From positions 109,988,001 to 110,052,000 of the forward strand of contig NC_043000.1 of assembly GCF_006345805.1 (NCBI RefSeq): DNA of 64,000 nt, in the 5' to 3' direction. Below are positions 15,901-31,011 of this stretch, piece after piece. The notes beneath the pieces are model-generated. The model was not told the DNA's origin, did not search any database, and saw nothing but the letters and a program-made list of their open reading frames with translations. The first letter of the stretch is position 1. The number at the start of each line of letters is the position of its first letter. Origin of the DNA: Octopus sinensis (taxonomy: Eukaryota). The position numbers and the translations under genes were made by a program.

Positions 15901-16217
15901 GTGTGTGTATATATATATTACCTTCGAAACGCAGAGTAGCCAAAACAGGGACAACTGAAGAAGGGGAATATTCCTTGTGTTGCATGTCTTGTACTCTGTT
16001 TTTTCATTGTATGAAAAAAAGTTCGTTTCCATGTTTTTGTTTTTATGTTTTCGTTTCTCATTGTATTCAACGTTTTTTTGATGTCCTGTACCCATATATG
16101 CATGTATATATACATATAGATGTAGGTATGTACATATATGTATATATTTATATATTATTTATATTATTCTATGATCAAACACCATGCATCCTTTTCCAAG
16201 TAAGTTTTATCTTAATT

Positions 16218-16267
<50 letters not shown>

Positions 16268-19200
16268 CACAGACACAAATCTATACAGATCTTCTCATTT
16301 GCAGAGGTGAACCAGCCGCCAGTTGCTGTTACTGCTGGAGAAATAACTGTTGTATTACCAGTTGCCAGCCTCGTCCTCGATGGTCAGAACAGCACGGATG
16401 ATAAAAACATTGAAACCTACTCATGGAAACAAACAAGGTAGGACGAATGTTTGCTACTTTCAAAATTGTTTTTCTGAGCTGGCGGAAGCGATAGGACATG
16501 AGACAAAATGTTTAGTGGTATTTCTTGTGACTCGTTATGTTCTGAGTTCAAATTCCAACAAGATCATCTTTAACTTTTAGTCCTTTTGGGCATTGATGAA
16601 ATAAAGTACCAGAGATGTCGTTAGTTGACAAATGGGAATAATCTTATTGTGAATACTGTCCCTACTCGTTTTCTATCTCATTCTCCATCTTTTTCCTTTC
16701 TTAAATCTACACACTATCAAAAAAAAAAGATGAAGACAGAAAGTTGAAATGGAGTGATAGTGGCAGAAAGTGTGTGTGTGTGTGTGTGTGTGTTTGTGAG
16801 TGGTACAGGCATGGTTGTGTGATTAAGGTGCTTGCCTCCCAGTCATGTGATCTTAGGTTCTGTCCTGCTGCACAGCACCTTCAGAAGGCGTCTTCTCTAG
16901 CCCCGGGCTAACTAAAGCTTTGTGAGTGGGTTAGACAGAAACTGTAAGAAGCCCAACGTGTGTGTGTATGTACCTTTATCTTGACATCACATGACAGATG
17001 TAAATGACCTTCACTGTTATACAAGCAAAGTTATTCATTTCTAGTTTTCTTTAGGAAACGTGTGTGGTCAAGGGGAAATATTACTTTGCTTAGTAAAAGG
17101 TGGGGGTTGGGGATGGTGCTCTTCCTGTCACCAACCCTATGACAGGAAGAGGATCCGGGTGTAGAAAATCTGTCTCAACAAATTCCATCTAACTCATACA
17201 AACATGGTGGTTATTAAATGATGATGTGTTTGCAATATTAAATGATGTTCTGCTAATTACTGAGGTTCCGTGTTTTGTCTATCCTCAATCCCCATGCTGT
17301 CTTTCTCGCAGTGGACCCCAGTTGACATTGTCCAATTCAGACAGGAACATTGCCACAGCAACTGGTGACATCAAAGTGGCAGTGTACATGTTTAAACTCA
17401 CAGTCTACGACATACAGAAGCAGTCCAGCTCAGCAAATTTGAAGATCACCGTCACCCAGAGTAAGTGCTTTGGCTATCTTATTGTCTCTCATAATATTCA
17501 TTGTGGCTGCTGGCATGGCTGTGGGGTTTTAAGAGGTTTACCCATAAATGGTTTCGGGTTCATTGTTACTGCTTGTCTTCTAATTTAGCCCTGGGGTAAA
17601 TGCTTTGTGAGTGGATTTGGTAGATGGAAACTGAAAGAATCCTGATGTGTATGTGTGTGTGTCTTGTTTTGACATTGAGTGACAGTTGTAAATGAGTGTC
17701 CCTGTCATACAAGCTGTGCCATTCTTTCCAGTCTGGCTGTGGGGAAATATTACCTTATCTGGAAAGAGGTGAGGGTTGGCCACAGGAAGAGCACTCGGCT
17801 GTAGGAAATCTGCTTCATTCAAACTCATTCCAACCATGCAAATGGATTTTAAAAGAAGAATGATGATTTGTCTGGTGTCCCTGGATAAATTCCTTGTTGC
17901 TTAGAGGCTCTGCTCAATGCCAAGCATTGGTGAACAGTTCCAATAATGTTGTTGCAAAATCATCCTTTTTCCCAGATTCTTACGATTTTGTCTTTGAGCT
18001 GATTGGTTGCTTGGATTTTCTTTTTCTTCAAGAACCACATGGTTTCAGGTTCAGTCCCATTGTGTGCCACCTTGGACAAATATCTTCTACTATGGCCTGG
18101 GGCTGCCAAATCCCATGTGAGTGAATTGGATAGACAGAAACTGTGTGAAGCCTGTCATATGTGCATTTGTGTTTGTCCCCACCACCACCACCACCACCAC
18201 TCACTAACCAGTGTTGGTTTGTTTATATTCTTGTCATTTCGTGGTTCTGTGACATAAATACCAGACTATAAAGAATAAGCAGAGTGGAGTTGGTTTGTTT
18301 TTAACCAAACTCTTGAAGGTGGTGCCCCAGCATGGTCGTGATTCAGTGACTGAAACAAGTGAAAAGAGAAAAGACATAGAAAATAATGTCTATATGTTTT
18401 GTAATTTCTAAATTTATCTTTCAGAGGAAAACAAGGCCCCCATGGCGGACGCTGGAGGGGACAAAGTGATTCAACTCCCAAAATTAATAGTTTTGCTGGA
18501 TGGATCCCGTTCACATGATGACCAGAAAATTGTTCGCTATCAGTGGACCCGAGATCCAAGCAGTCTGGCTGCAGGGGTAGGTCACCCCAGTTTGAATATT
18601 GAATTTCTTCTAAAGTTATTGGGTTCTTGTCTGGAAACAGATGAAGGTTACTAAAAAGAACAACAACATCCAGCAGCAGATAATTCTTCTCTATGGATTT
18701 GTCTGACTCTGTAAACTCAGAAAAGTGAACACACACACATACACACACACACTCATTGTTTAGGATAGAAAATGAACTTGTGCACTAATGTAATGTAATG
18801 TGATAAAACTGGTTCCCTTGCCTGACTTTTTGTGATTCAGTGGCCTCCAAGTTAACAGTTCCGTTGGGATCATCATCATCATCGTCTGCTTTCCATGCTG
18901 GCATGGGTTGGATGGTTTGACTGAGGACTGGCAAACCAGATGGCTGCACCAGGCTCCAGTCTTGATCTGGCAGAGTCTTTAAAGCTAGATGCCCTTCCTA
19001 ATGCCAACAACTCTGAGAGTGTAGTGGGTGCTTTTACGTGCCACCAGCACGAGGGCCACTCAGGCAGTACTGGCAACGACCACACTCAAAAGGTGTTTTT
19101 TATGTGGTACTTTCATGGGAGCCAGTCCAGCAGAACTGGCAATGACCATGCTCAAACATTTTTCACTTGCCACCGGCACATGTGCCAGTAAGGTGATACT

Positions 19201-22200
19201 GGCAATGATCACACTCGAATGGTGCTTTTTACGTACCACCGGCACAAGAGTCAGTCAGCAGCCCTGGCAACAATCATGCTCAGATGGTGCTTTTAACGTT
19301 CAACTGGCACAAGTGCCAATCTGGTGCTATTGTCATCGGCCATTTCAGCAATTTTGATGTTTATGCCTTTCCCAAGAATGTTCTCCCACTCTATCATCTC
19401 CCCCCCGCTATTCCCTGCTGCATATAATGTGGGATAGCCATTATATCTCCTCCACAAAAAGGCACCTCTCAACACCTGGCATAAAGCCACTGCCTCCACC
19501 CCCTCCCCTTTCAAATATTACCCCCTATTTAGTAGGTCTGAGGGGGTGCATTTTCCTTTTCTTTTCTTTTTCTTTGTTGTTTTCTTGTCTTGGCAAGTTA
19601 GTTGGTAGCACGCAGAAAGCACTCTGTACATACCGTAATGTGGTTGGCATTAGGAAAGAAGGCCATAGAAAGTCTGCCAACAAATTCTGTGTGACCCATG
19701 CGAGTGTGGGAAAGTGGGCGTTGAAACAATGATGTTGATAATGATGAAAACACATCAAACTAATAAGGGAGCATCTGCAGTTTGCTTGACCTGCGAGAAA
19801 TAGTTGTGTGCATCCCAACTACATCGTCCAGTGTGAACATTTTTCTAAAAAAAACCCAATAAGGTATGATTAGAGGGAGATCATCATCCGAAAATGGACA
19901 TTAAAAGAGGATGATGGTGGTGGTGGTGTTGTTGATCTCCTTCAAATCATACCTTATTGTTTTTTTGTTGTTTTTTTTAAATATTCACATTGGATGATGT
20001 CGTTGGGATGCAGTGTCTGGAAAGAATACAAGTTGTTTGTGTCTTGAAGAGTTTTAATAAGAAATCGGCTGAATCTCGTCTGACATGGGATTAAGAAACA
20101 ATGTTGTGTTTTGGATAGATCGGAAGAACATCCAGCTGTAGAAATCGGGCCAAAGAATGCCACTGGAGCTCAGCAGATCCCATCAAACCATCCAACCCAT
20201 GCCAGTATGGAAAATGGACATTGAGTCATTATGATGATGATGATGATAGCAGACGGATGGTCAGGCTGGCTGGCTGGCTATGGGAAATATTTTTTTTTAC
20301 CGTTGCAGGAATAAAGATTAAGAAAACTGTGTTTGTCTTTTAGTGCCTGCCTGAATCACTTGTTAACATATTTTCCTTTATATTCCACAGGAGATTGCCA
20401 ACAACTCAAACTCGGAAGCTGTGCTGCAACTTATTAACCTAATCGCTGGCAGATATATCTTCACTCTTCATGTCTTTGACAGTGATGGTCTGTCCAGCTC
20501 TGATTCTGCTTCCATTATTGTCAAACCAGGTAAGAACTGGGTTTTTACTTCTTCCCCACCCACTCATCCATCCATACAAGTTATTTTTAATGGGTTTTTT
20601 TTTGCATGTGTTTTTAAAGAAAACAATAAATTGTTCTATAAAGAAACCTTACCCCATGTGTGACCCAGCAGATCTTGTGCTTTCAGTATTCTGTGATCAC
20701 ATTGTTTTCTCTTCTCTGTTCTCGAATGACCTCATTTCAGTCACACTCTTGCAATAATGCCCCTTGCAGGGATCTTTCCATGGCCCTTTGTACCCAATCA
20801 ATGTTCTTCCTCCTTGATAGTAACCCATTTGTCAGATAGGAGTGTAGGGGGACAGTGCCATTGAAGAGACTAGTGTGTAGGCCCTAGTCTAGCTTTGCTT
20901 TGAGCACATCTTTTATTGAGGGTTTTTGGGGTTGACATGTGTGTGTGTGTATAAGGTGGTATCAAAGAGTTCCCAGTCTAGTTATATGTTTAATAAAAAA
21001 ATGACTTATTTACTTAAGTTTTAACATCATCATCATTATTGTTTAACGTCTGTTTTCCATGCTGGCATGGGTTGGGTGGTTCGACTGGGGTCTGAGGGGG
21101 CTGCTCCAGGCTCCAATCTGATCTGGCAGTGTTTCTAATACTGGATGCCCTTCCTAATGGCACCACTCCAAGAGTGTAGTGGGTGCTTTTTACGTGCCAC
21201 CAGTACAGGGGCCAGAGGGGTCTGGCATCGACCACGTTCAGATGGTGCTTTTTACGTGCCACCAGCACAGGGGTCACAACTACAATTTCCATTTGATTGT
21301 AATTTATTTTGATTTTGATGTCTTTGACTTAATAGGTCTCCTCAAGCACGGAATGTTGCCCTACAATCCAAGGTACTCTTGAGTGGGCTGGGGCTGATTA
21401 TGCGACACTGGTGTAGGTTACAGCTGTGAACTCGCTTTGTTTGCCAAGTCTTCTCAGTCACAGCATATCTCCAGAAGTCTCAGTCTTTCATCATTGCCTC
21501 AGTGAGGCCCAATATTCGAGGGGCATGCTTCAGCACCTCATCCCATGTCTTCCTGGGTCTACCTCTACAGTCATATTGTACAACAACACACCAGTTCAAA
21601 TGTTCCCCCCACTTTCGGAATCCAACCTGGAAGTTGGTTTCCATAAGTGAGACAAGGACCTTCTGCAATTCACTCTTGATCTTGACAATGGTGCTAAAAT
21701 GGTGACCCTTGAACTGCATTTTCATCTTGGGGTTAGAGAAAGAAGTGCACAGGTGCTAAATCTGGCAAATAAGGGTGGGTGCAGACGTGATACCCTGTTG
21801 TTTTTGGCAAAAACCTCACGAGTGGAGAGAGCTTGGTGACATGGGGCAATGCCATTGTGAAGAATTCAGTTCTTAGTGCTCCACAGATCTGATCACTTTT
21901 GCCGGATGTCTTTCTCCCTCAAATGCTTCAAAGTGTCACAGAACAACTCACAACTCTCCATTGATGGTCTGGCTTTGGTGGAAGAATTATCAATGTACAA
22001 TTCCACATCTATGGGACATGACACACCTGGCAGGTCTTCCAGATTGCTCATTGTCTACCAGGGACATTCTTCAACTATTAAAGGACCTGTGCCACTCGAA
22101 ACATTGCCTCCTCACCATAAGCTTGCCAAGGCATGTTCAATGTCTCTGTAGCAGACTTCCCAAGCTTAATGCAGAATTTCATGTTAGCCATTTGTTCCTG

Positions 22201-22885
22201 TCCATGACAAAATTGCAGACTACAGCAGACACGGGATCACAAGATTGCAAATTTCACAATTTGCAGAGTAAACACAGCGATATCGCTTGGCACATTGCTT
22301 CATGAAGGTTCACTGCTAGCTCTCACTGCACGTGCAACCACATGCTGCCATTTGTTGGTGCACAACAGAACTAATCCAGGAACTTTTTGATACCACCTTG
22401 TGTGTGTGTGTGTATATATATATATGTATATATATATGTATGTATGTGTGTATATATATATGTATGTATGTATGTGTGTATATTATATATGTATGTATGT
22501 GTATATATATGTATGTATGTGTGTATATATATATGTATGTATGTGTGTATATATATATGTATGTGTGTGTATGTATGTATGTGTGTATATATATATATGT
22601 ATGTATGTGTGTATGTATGTATGTGTGTATATATATATGTATGTGTGTATATATATATATATGTATGTATGTGTGTATATATGTATGTATGTGTGTATAT
22701 ATGTATGTATGTGTGTGTGTATGTATGTATGTGTGTATATATATATATATGTATGTATGTATGTGTGTATATATATATATATATGTATGTATGTATGTGT
22801 GTATATATATATATATGTATGTATGTATGTGTGTATATATATATGTATGTATGTATGTGTGTATATATATATGTATGTATGTGTG

Positions 22886-22918
<33 letters not shown>

Positions 22919-23103
22919 GTGTGTATATATATATGTATGTATGTGTGTGTGTATATATATATGTATGTATGTGTGTGTGCATATATATATGTATGTATGT
23001 GTGTGTGCATATATATATATATGTGTATGTATGTGTGTGTGCATATATATGTGTATGTATGTGTGTGTATATATATATATGTGTGTATATATATATATGT
23101 GTG

Positions 23104-23134
<31 letters not shown>

Positions 23135-23349
23135 GTATATATATATATGTATGTATGTGTGTATGTATATATGTATGTATGTGTGTGTATGTATATATGT
23201 ATGTATGTGTGTGTATGTATATATATATGTGTGTGTATATATATATGTGTGTGTATGTATATATATATGTATGTGTGTATATATATATATGTATGTATGT
23301 ATGTATATATATGTATGTATGTATGTATATATATATGTATGTATGTATG

Positions 23350-23389
<40 letters not shown>

Positions 23390-23744
23390 TATGTATGTAT
23401 GTGTGTATATATATGCATGTATGTGTGTATATATATGCATGTATGTGTGTATATAGGAAGGGCATCCAGCCGTAGAAACATTGCCAGATCAAACTGGGCT
23501 TGGTGCAGCCTTCTGGCTTCCCAGACCCCAGTTGAACCGTCCAACCCATGCTAGCATGGAAAGCAGACGCTAAACGATGATGATGATGATGATGATGTGT
23601 GTGTATATATATATATATATATTATATATATGTATGTGTGTATATATATATGTGTGTATATATATATATATATGTATGTGTGTGTTGTATATATATATAT
23701 GTATGTGTGTATATATAATATATATATGTATGTGTGTGTGAGTG

Positions 23745-23790
<46 letters not shown>

Positions 23791-26700
23791 ATATATATGT
23801 ATTTGTGTGTGTGTGTGTGCATATATATATATAAATATATAAAAATGATCAAAATCATTGAAGTCAGTCCCCAAACATGGCTGCAGTCCAATGACTAAAA
23901 CCAGTAAATGAACAAAAGAGTGAGGTAAAGGGGTCAGATCCCAGATCCCATGGTGTCCCTGTAGTTGGTTTTTGTCCTACTTGAACTTGTGCAGGTTAAT
24001 GGTTAAGGAGGAGAAGAAAGTGTGGTCAGGGAAGAGGAAGTTTTAAAACATTGCTGTTCTGGATTTAGAAAATGAATTAGCTTAGAGACTGTTGAGCAAG
24101 TCATGGTTGGAGGGCTGGTAAGATGAGAAGAGATGCATCAAGTGCATTCGAGGAATGGCATTAAAATAATTGTTTTGTTCAGAGAAACAGAAGTAGTAGT
24201 GGTGGTGAGAGGAGAGCTGAAAAGAAACAGTTGAAGGTCTGTAGTGTGATGTCAAGAGTGGGGTTTGTTTATCAATGGGATGGCCATCATTGAATGTCAT
24301 TCAGACTGGTGATGGTGGCGAAAGTGGCAGGGTGTCACAGCTGCATCTTCCAAAATATGTGAACCAAGTGACCTTATGTTGTTCTGTCTCTAGGGACCAC
24401 TTTCAATAAGGGATTTTGTGAATCCTCATGATGAAAGAATGTTTCTAACTTGTTTTCTTTTCACCTGTTCATGTCTGTCTGTCTGTCACAGTGTTCCATT
24501 AATTTTGCCAGCTGTCACATGAGCTACGTTTACAAATTTAGATATTTGTCATTTGATAAAGCTTTTATAATGCTTGACACAGCTGCTGTTCCTTATTTAT
24601 ATAAGAAGATATCAATAGCAGAGAACATTATGGGATATTAGCTTTTGTCTTTGTGTAGTGATCCACTTCCTAACCACATTTCTGTTTGTCAGTTTGTCCG
24701 TTTCTCTAACGACGACGCAATAATGCCATGAATAGTCTTAATATCAGAGCTATTCTATTACCAGAATGAGATTATTTGGCCTGGCTGACTGGTCATCCAA
24801 CCTGTTTTACTGACAGTATGATTTTGCACTGAATGTACACACACACACACATTTGTTACTTTTGTGGTTGATGTTTTGTAGGGAAGAGTTGCAGTATCTT
24901 TATAAATCTATTCTGTACATGAATATGATAACCTCTGATGTGGCAATTGCATTAAGGTTATATTCTGAGGGTAGGGCGACCTTAATAGATCATTCCTCTA
25001 CATAAAAAAAGTCCATTTCTGTTTTATGCAAAATGAGAAGTAATCGTAATTTAACTTTATATCTGGTTGTTTTGTTTATTTTATCATTATTATTATTTAT
25101 TTATTTTAATATATATACCAATGCTGTTGATATATTTCTAAAGATCCAAGTGAAATAGACAAAATGGTTCTGGAACTTGATACAGACATTGAACATTTCA
25201 CCGTAAAAAGTCTTGTGAGTATCTTTCTCAAATTTATTAAGTTTATATCTACCCCCCCCCTCTACCTTACCTACCACATGTCTCACCTTCCTCAAATATT
25301 GTATCTGCATCTCTTTCTCTTCCTCATCCTCTTTTGCATACCACCCAACAGCATATCCTCTCCTTGTTTATTGTCTTATCATGCCCGTTCAGCTACCCTG
25401 CACTCTCAGACATCCTCTTCTCACCCTGTTCCATTATGTGACCTTATGTTGTTCTGTCCCTAGGGACCACTTTCAATAAGGAATTTTGTGAATCCTCATG
25501 ATGAAAGAATGTTTCTAACTTGTTTTCTTTTCACTTATTCATGTCTGTCTGTCTGTCACAGTGTTCCATTAATTTTGTACCCCTCTTGGCACCCTTGCTC
25601 CATTCATTCCTATTCACCTTATACCTTGAAGGGCCATCTAGACACCTCATCCCATTTCCTAATTTTATTGCTTTCCAGCTCCCCCCCCCCCAATCATTTC
25701 ATTCCTTGTCTGCTCCAGTCCTTTTCTCTCTACTTTTTGTTCTCCTAGCATAAAGCATCTCCTCCCCATTCAAGGTTCATAATTTTGCAAGCTGCATGGT
25801 TACCTCACTAGTGCTGGTGCCACATAACAAGCACCTAGTCCTGCTGTAAAGCAGTCGGTGTTAGGAAGGGCATTCAGCCGTAGAAATGATGTCAAAGCAG
25901 TGACTGGACCATGAATGCAGTCCTTGAGCCCATCAGATCCTGTCAAACTGTCCAATCTAGACCAGCGTGGATTATGGTGATGATTTACTCAATATCTTAA
26001 TCATGATCAAACAATACTGTATTTCCCTTTTTCAAAACTGAGTTATGTACATGTGTACTAAGTGTAGGTTTTAACCCTCACTGCGCTGATTAGGCTTGCT
26101 TCCCATCCCTCTGGTCCTGGATTCATTCCCACAGTGTGAAGCTCCTTGGGCGGGTGTCTTACACCTCAGCCCCAGGCTGACCAAAGCCATGTGAGCAGGC
26201 TTGGTTTTATAAGAAACTGGAAGATGCTTTGTCCTGTACGTGTGTGGGAATGTGAAAGTGTTTGTGTCCCCCTCGACGTTGCATGATTATTGTAAATCAA
26301 TATCATTCTTTTGCAACATTCTGCAAAAACATGTCTGGCCAAGGAGGGGAAATATTACCTTGCTTGAAAATGGGTGAAAGATGGTGACAGCAGGAGTGTC
26401 TGGCTGTAGGAAGTCTGCCTCAACAAACTCCATGTGACTCATGCAAGCATGGAAAAGTGGACATGAAAATAATGATAACAAGGACATAACATGCTAATGA
26501 TATGCAAATCCATTCTCACAATCTCTAGCCATTATTGGTCAGCAAAAATAAAATGTGTATTCTATGCCTTATAAAATGTGGAGGGGTACCCAACTATCAA
26601 AACTTAATTAACTTGGTTCCTGTGTCTCAAGTGTACATTCCGAGAATTGGGTGAACTCGGCTCTTGTGCAGAATGGGTTAAATGGATGGGATTGTATTTT

Positions 26701-29700
26701 TCCTCACTGAATATGTTATTGATTTGTTGGTGTCTTAATGTTGTTGTTGTTATTTATATCCAGAAAAATATTGAAAGTCAACTTGGCCTGCTGTTGCACA
26801 TGACATCTGAAGAAGACGCTTATGTTCTGAGCGAGAAGGTTTATAAAGATTTCAACAGTGGACAGTAAGTTGCAAAGTGTTTTATCTGTTTTCTGAGGTT
26901 TACTACCACCACCACCACCACCACCACCAATAATAACAATAATTCTTTCTCCTTTGGGGACAAGGGCTGAAATTTTGTGGGAGGGAGTTAGTTACATCAA
27001 ACCCAGTGCTTTATTGACCCTCAAAATGATGAAAGGCAAAATTAACCTTCACAGCATTTGAATTCCATAATGTAAAAGATTTTCTGCTGTTCATCTTCAG
27101 AGATAAGTCCTTGGTATGGTTGCAGGAACCGTTCATGAGTCCTTTGGAATTTGCCGTTTCAGCAATAATAGTTGTGATTTGGTATATTCAAATTGGGAAT
27201 TTGTGTGGAGTGGATATTTTCACTTGAACTGACCTTCAAAATATGGCTGATGTGGGGTGGAGGTTGTCATTAATTGATCCCCTCACCCATAATTGATGCT
27301 CATTTTATTGACTCTGGCAGTATTTTGAACTCTTGTGGATGGCAAGATACAAGTAAATCGTGTTTGGCAAGCAGCCTGTTGCTCGACATTTTCTGTTGAC
27401 TCTTTTGCTGCTCTAAATGGTGTAATGGACAGTTTGCCACTCCATTGTTTAACATTCTTTTGATCATGAGCGGCAACATTGATATCAAGCCTTGACATCA
27501 TTACATCCAGTCACTTGCTGCCACCGATTCTTTAGACCAAAGTGTAGAACTCATAATCTAATATTTAGTGTCCACATATAAGGAAGCGAAGACTTCCTGT
27601 CAGTTCCAAGTTGCTTTGTGTTTGGTTCTGCAGACAGCAAAAAAAAGCTCCAAATGCCTCTGCCAATCCATAGTGGTCATTCTGAACTGACTTTGGTGTT
27701 TCTAATGCTTTTTACCTTCAATGAGAATTTTTCTCCATAGCAAACCGCAGTGAAAATACATTTTTACAGGCCAAATGTGTTCTAAACATATTTGAACTCA
27801 AGTGTGAAATCTCGAAAAAAAATCTGCTCATCCAACATCTTTTTTTATTTCCACCAGTCACAAACTTTGACTAATAACAAAATGGCTATTTTTTTGTGCA
27901 TCTGTGTGGTTTTTGCAGTCTTGACATTAGAAGGTTGTCACAGGAGCCCAGCCAATCCCTTGCCAGGTGGCCTAGTATGAAAAGGGGCATTTCTGTCACA
28001 TTCACCTCTCTTACATCTCCCTGGTATCGTCACAGACCTGTTAACGCCCCCCCCCCCCATTATGTTAACTATTTCTGTTGTTTCTTCATTGTCAGAATTT
28101 TCTCGAATCCTCTGTAATCAGCCAATTTCCTTTGCTTTGATTCAGTAAAATATTTGCATCAAAATAAAGGCTTCTTTATTCTTCCATTAGAAGTGCTATT
28201 TTCTAAAGTACAATGTACTAAATTTACTCTAAAAATGTTTTAATATAATGAGTGAAAAAAACAATGAATGAACAATAAAATGTTACACTTTTTTTCTTTG
28301 TCTCTTAAACTAGTAAAGTATCTCTCGGGTAGGCATGAATGTCACAACATTACTTATCCATCACACTTTGTATAAAATCTCGGTGTTTGTTTGTCTGTCT
28401 TCAGCCTAAAGATAGAATTTTATGCTGTATCTGTCACCAAAGAAACCAAAGTCGTGAAGAAAGGAATCGATGTTCTTCGATGGTTGAAACCGAAATTGTC
28501 TTCACAAACCAACATTTTTGAATATTCCATTGTGGATCTCAACACTTTTGGTTTGCAGAGATTTCTTGTTACTACACACTAATTCTTCCATTTCTCTCTT
28601 CTTAATGTTCTCTTCTATTACTGTAAAACTTTCTTCAACTAAATTACTTGACCTGCTGCAATAACAACCAAATCTCTCTCAAATCATTCCCTTTCATCTC
28701 AGAAAAGGACATGCGAGATATTATAATCCTAGGTACTCCTATGTTTATGAAAATGCATAGCCTAGCAGCAGTTTCTGTGTTGCACCTACAATTGTGTAAT
28801 CATAGTTTTGTGTCAAGATAAAGGTAAATACATACACAGACCCGTCAGGCTTTTTTCAGTTTCCATCAGGGATATAATAGAAGACACTTGCCCAAGGGTA
28901 ACTGAAACCAAAGCAGCCTTCTGTTGTTAGATTTTCTGTAACTGTCAGGTTCTTATGTAATACAACTTGATGGTTAATATCCAGGCATAAGAATTGGTGT
29001 TGAGTGCATTGTAAGCTCTCTGTCCGCTGAGTGTGTGGCACATTTTCAAGTCCTATTTGTGGTCATTTCACATTACTTAACCCATGATAGGGAGACTTCA
29101 ACATGGCACAGAGAACCCTTGCTAAAAGACTAATTTTTAAGGGGCCCAACCAATGGAGTGGAATGGTAGCTGTCTGGGATTTTTTTCTTCCCTTGTTGAG
29201 CCTTAGACCTCATAAAGCCAGTTACCTGGTTTCTATGGTGCTAAGTGATCAAGATCACATTGCCCTTGAACGAGGTACCACTCCATTGCAAGATTCAATG
29301 GCCAGTAGTTTTGGTGTGAGGGGACAAATCAATTACATTGACTGACCCCACTCCAGTAGTTTATTTTATTGACCCTGAAAGGATGAAAGGCAACGTGGAC
29401 ATCAGAACATAAAGAACCAGAAGAAATGCCACCAAACATTCTCTTCTACAGGTTAATGATTCTGCCCATTTGCCAACTTTGAAAATAACAGAGAACAGAA
29501 TTCTCACACTTTTTCTTTTGTATTCCATGTTGTTGTCTGAGTGATTGATGAAAAGGGACGTCTCACTTGATTGATTCTGTTTTTATCTGTTGCAGTTTGT
29601 CAAAATAATTGTTCAGGTCATGGCAAATGTGACCAGTACACTAAACAATGTTTCTGCGAGGCCTTTTGGATGCAGAACTACATTCTCACAAAATTTTTTC

Positions 29701-29785
29701 ATGGTGAAAACAACTGTGGTAAGTAAAAAGGCTTCACTAATTATACACACTCACACCAATATATTATATATATATATAATATATA

Positions 29786-29822
<37 letters not shown>

Positions 29823-29829
29823 CATATCT

Positions 29830-29865
<36 letters not shown>

Positions 29866-29869
29866 CATC

Positions 29870-29901
<32 letters not shown>

Positions 29902-29919
29902 CATATATATATAATAATA

Positions 29920-29973
<54 letters not shown>

Positions 29974-30100
29974 TATATATTATATATATATACTATATAT
30001 ATATATATATATTATATATATTACATATATAATATAGATATATATATATAATATACATAATATATATAATATAATATATATAATATATACATTATATATA

Positions 30101-30149
<49 letters not shown>

Positions 30150-30550
30150 GATATATATATACAATATATATACAATATAATATATATATATACTATATAT
30201 ATATATATTAATATATATATACTATATATATATATAATATATATATATATACATATATAATATATACATATATATAATATATACATATATATATATATAC
30301 ATATATATACATATACATATTACATATATATATATACATATATATATATATACATAATATATATACATATATATATATATACATATATACATATACATAA
30401 TTAATAATATATATACATATATATATATATATATACATATATCTATATATATATTATTATATAATATATACATATATATATACATATATATATACATATA
30501 TATATACATATATATACATATATACATATATACCTACATATATATATAAC

Positions 30551-30583
<33 letters not shown>

Positions 30584-30587
30584 CATA

Positions 30588-30620
<33 letters not shown>

Positions 30621-30864
30621 CATATAATATATATATACATATATATATATATATCATATATATATATATATAATATATACATATATATACATATACATAT
30701 ATATACATATACATATATATACATATACATATATACATATATATATACATATATATATAATACATATATATATATACCTATATATATATATACATATATA
30801 TATATATACAATATATATATACATATATACATATATATACATATATACATATATATATAACATA

Positions 30865-30903
<39 letters not shown>

Positions 30904-30962
30904 TATATACATATATATATACATATATAATATATATATTACATATATACATATATACATAC

Positions 30963-31011
<49 letters not shown>

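Noticed and set aside
22316-23891. 350-390 aa ORFs on both strands (YI/YV/HT-rich)
   Set aside because: Translations of a stop-poor dinucleotide microsatellite; open in several frames with no complexity.
27280-27720. Coding-like minus-strand stretch in intron 15
   Set aside because: Stops in all frames and no motif I can assign; possibly an old DNA-transposon relic. Needs tblastx/Dfam.
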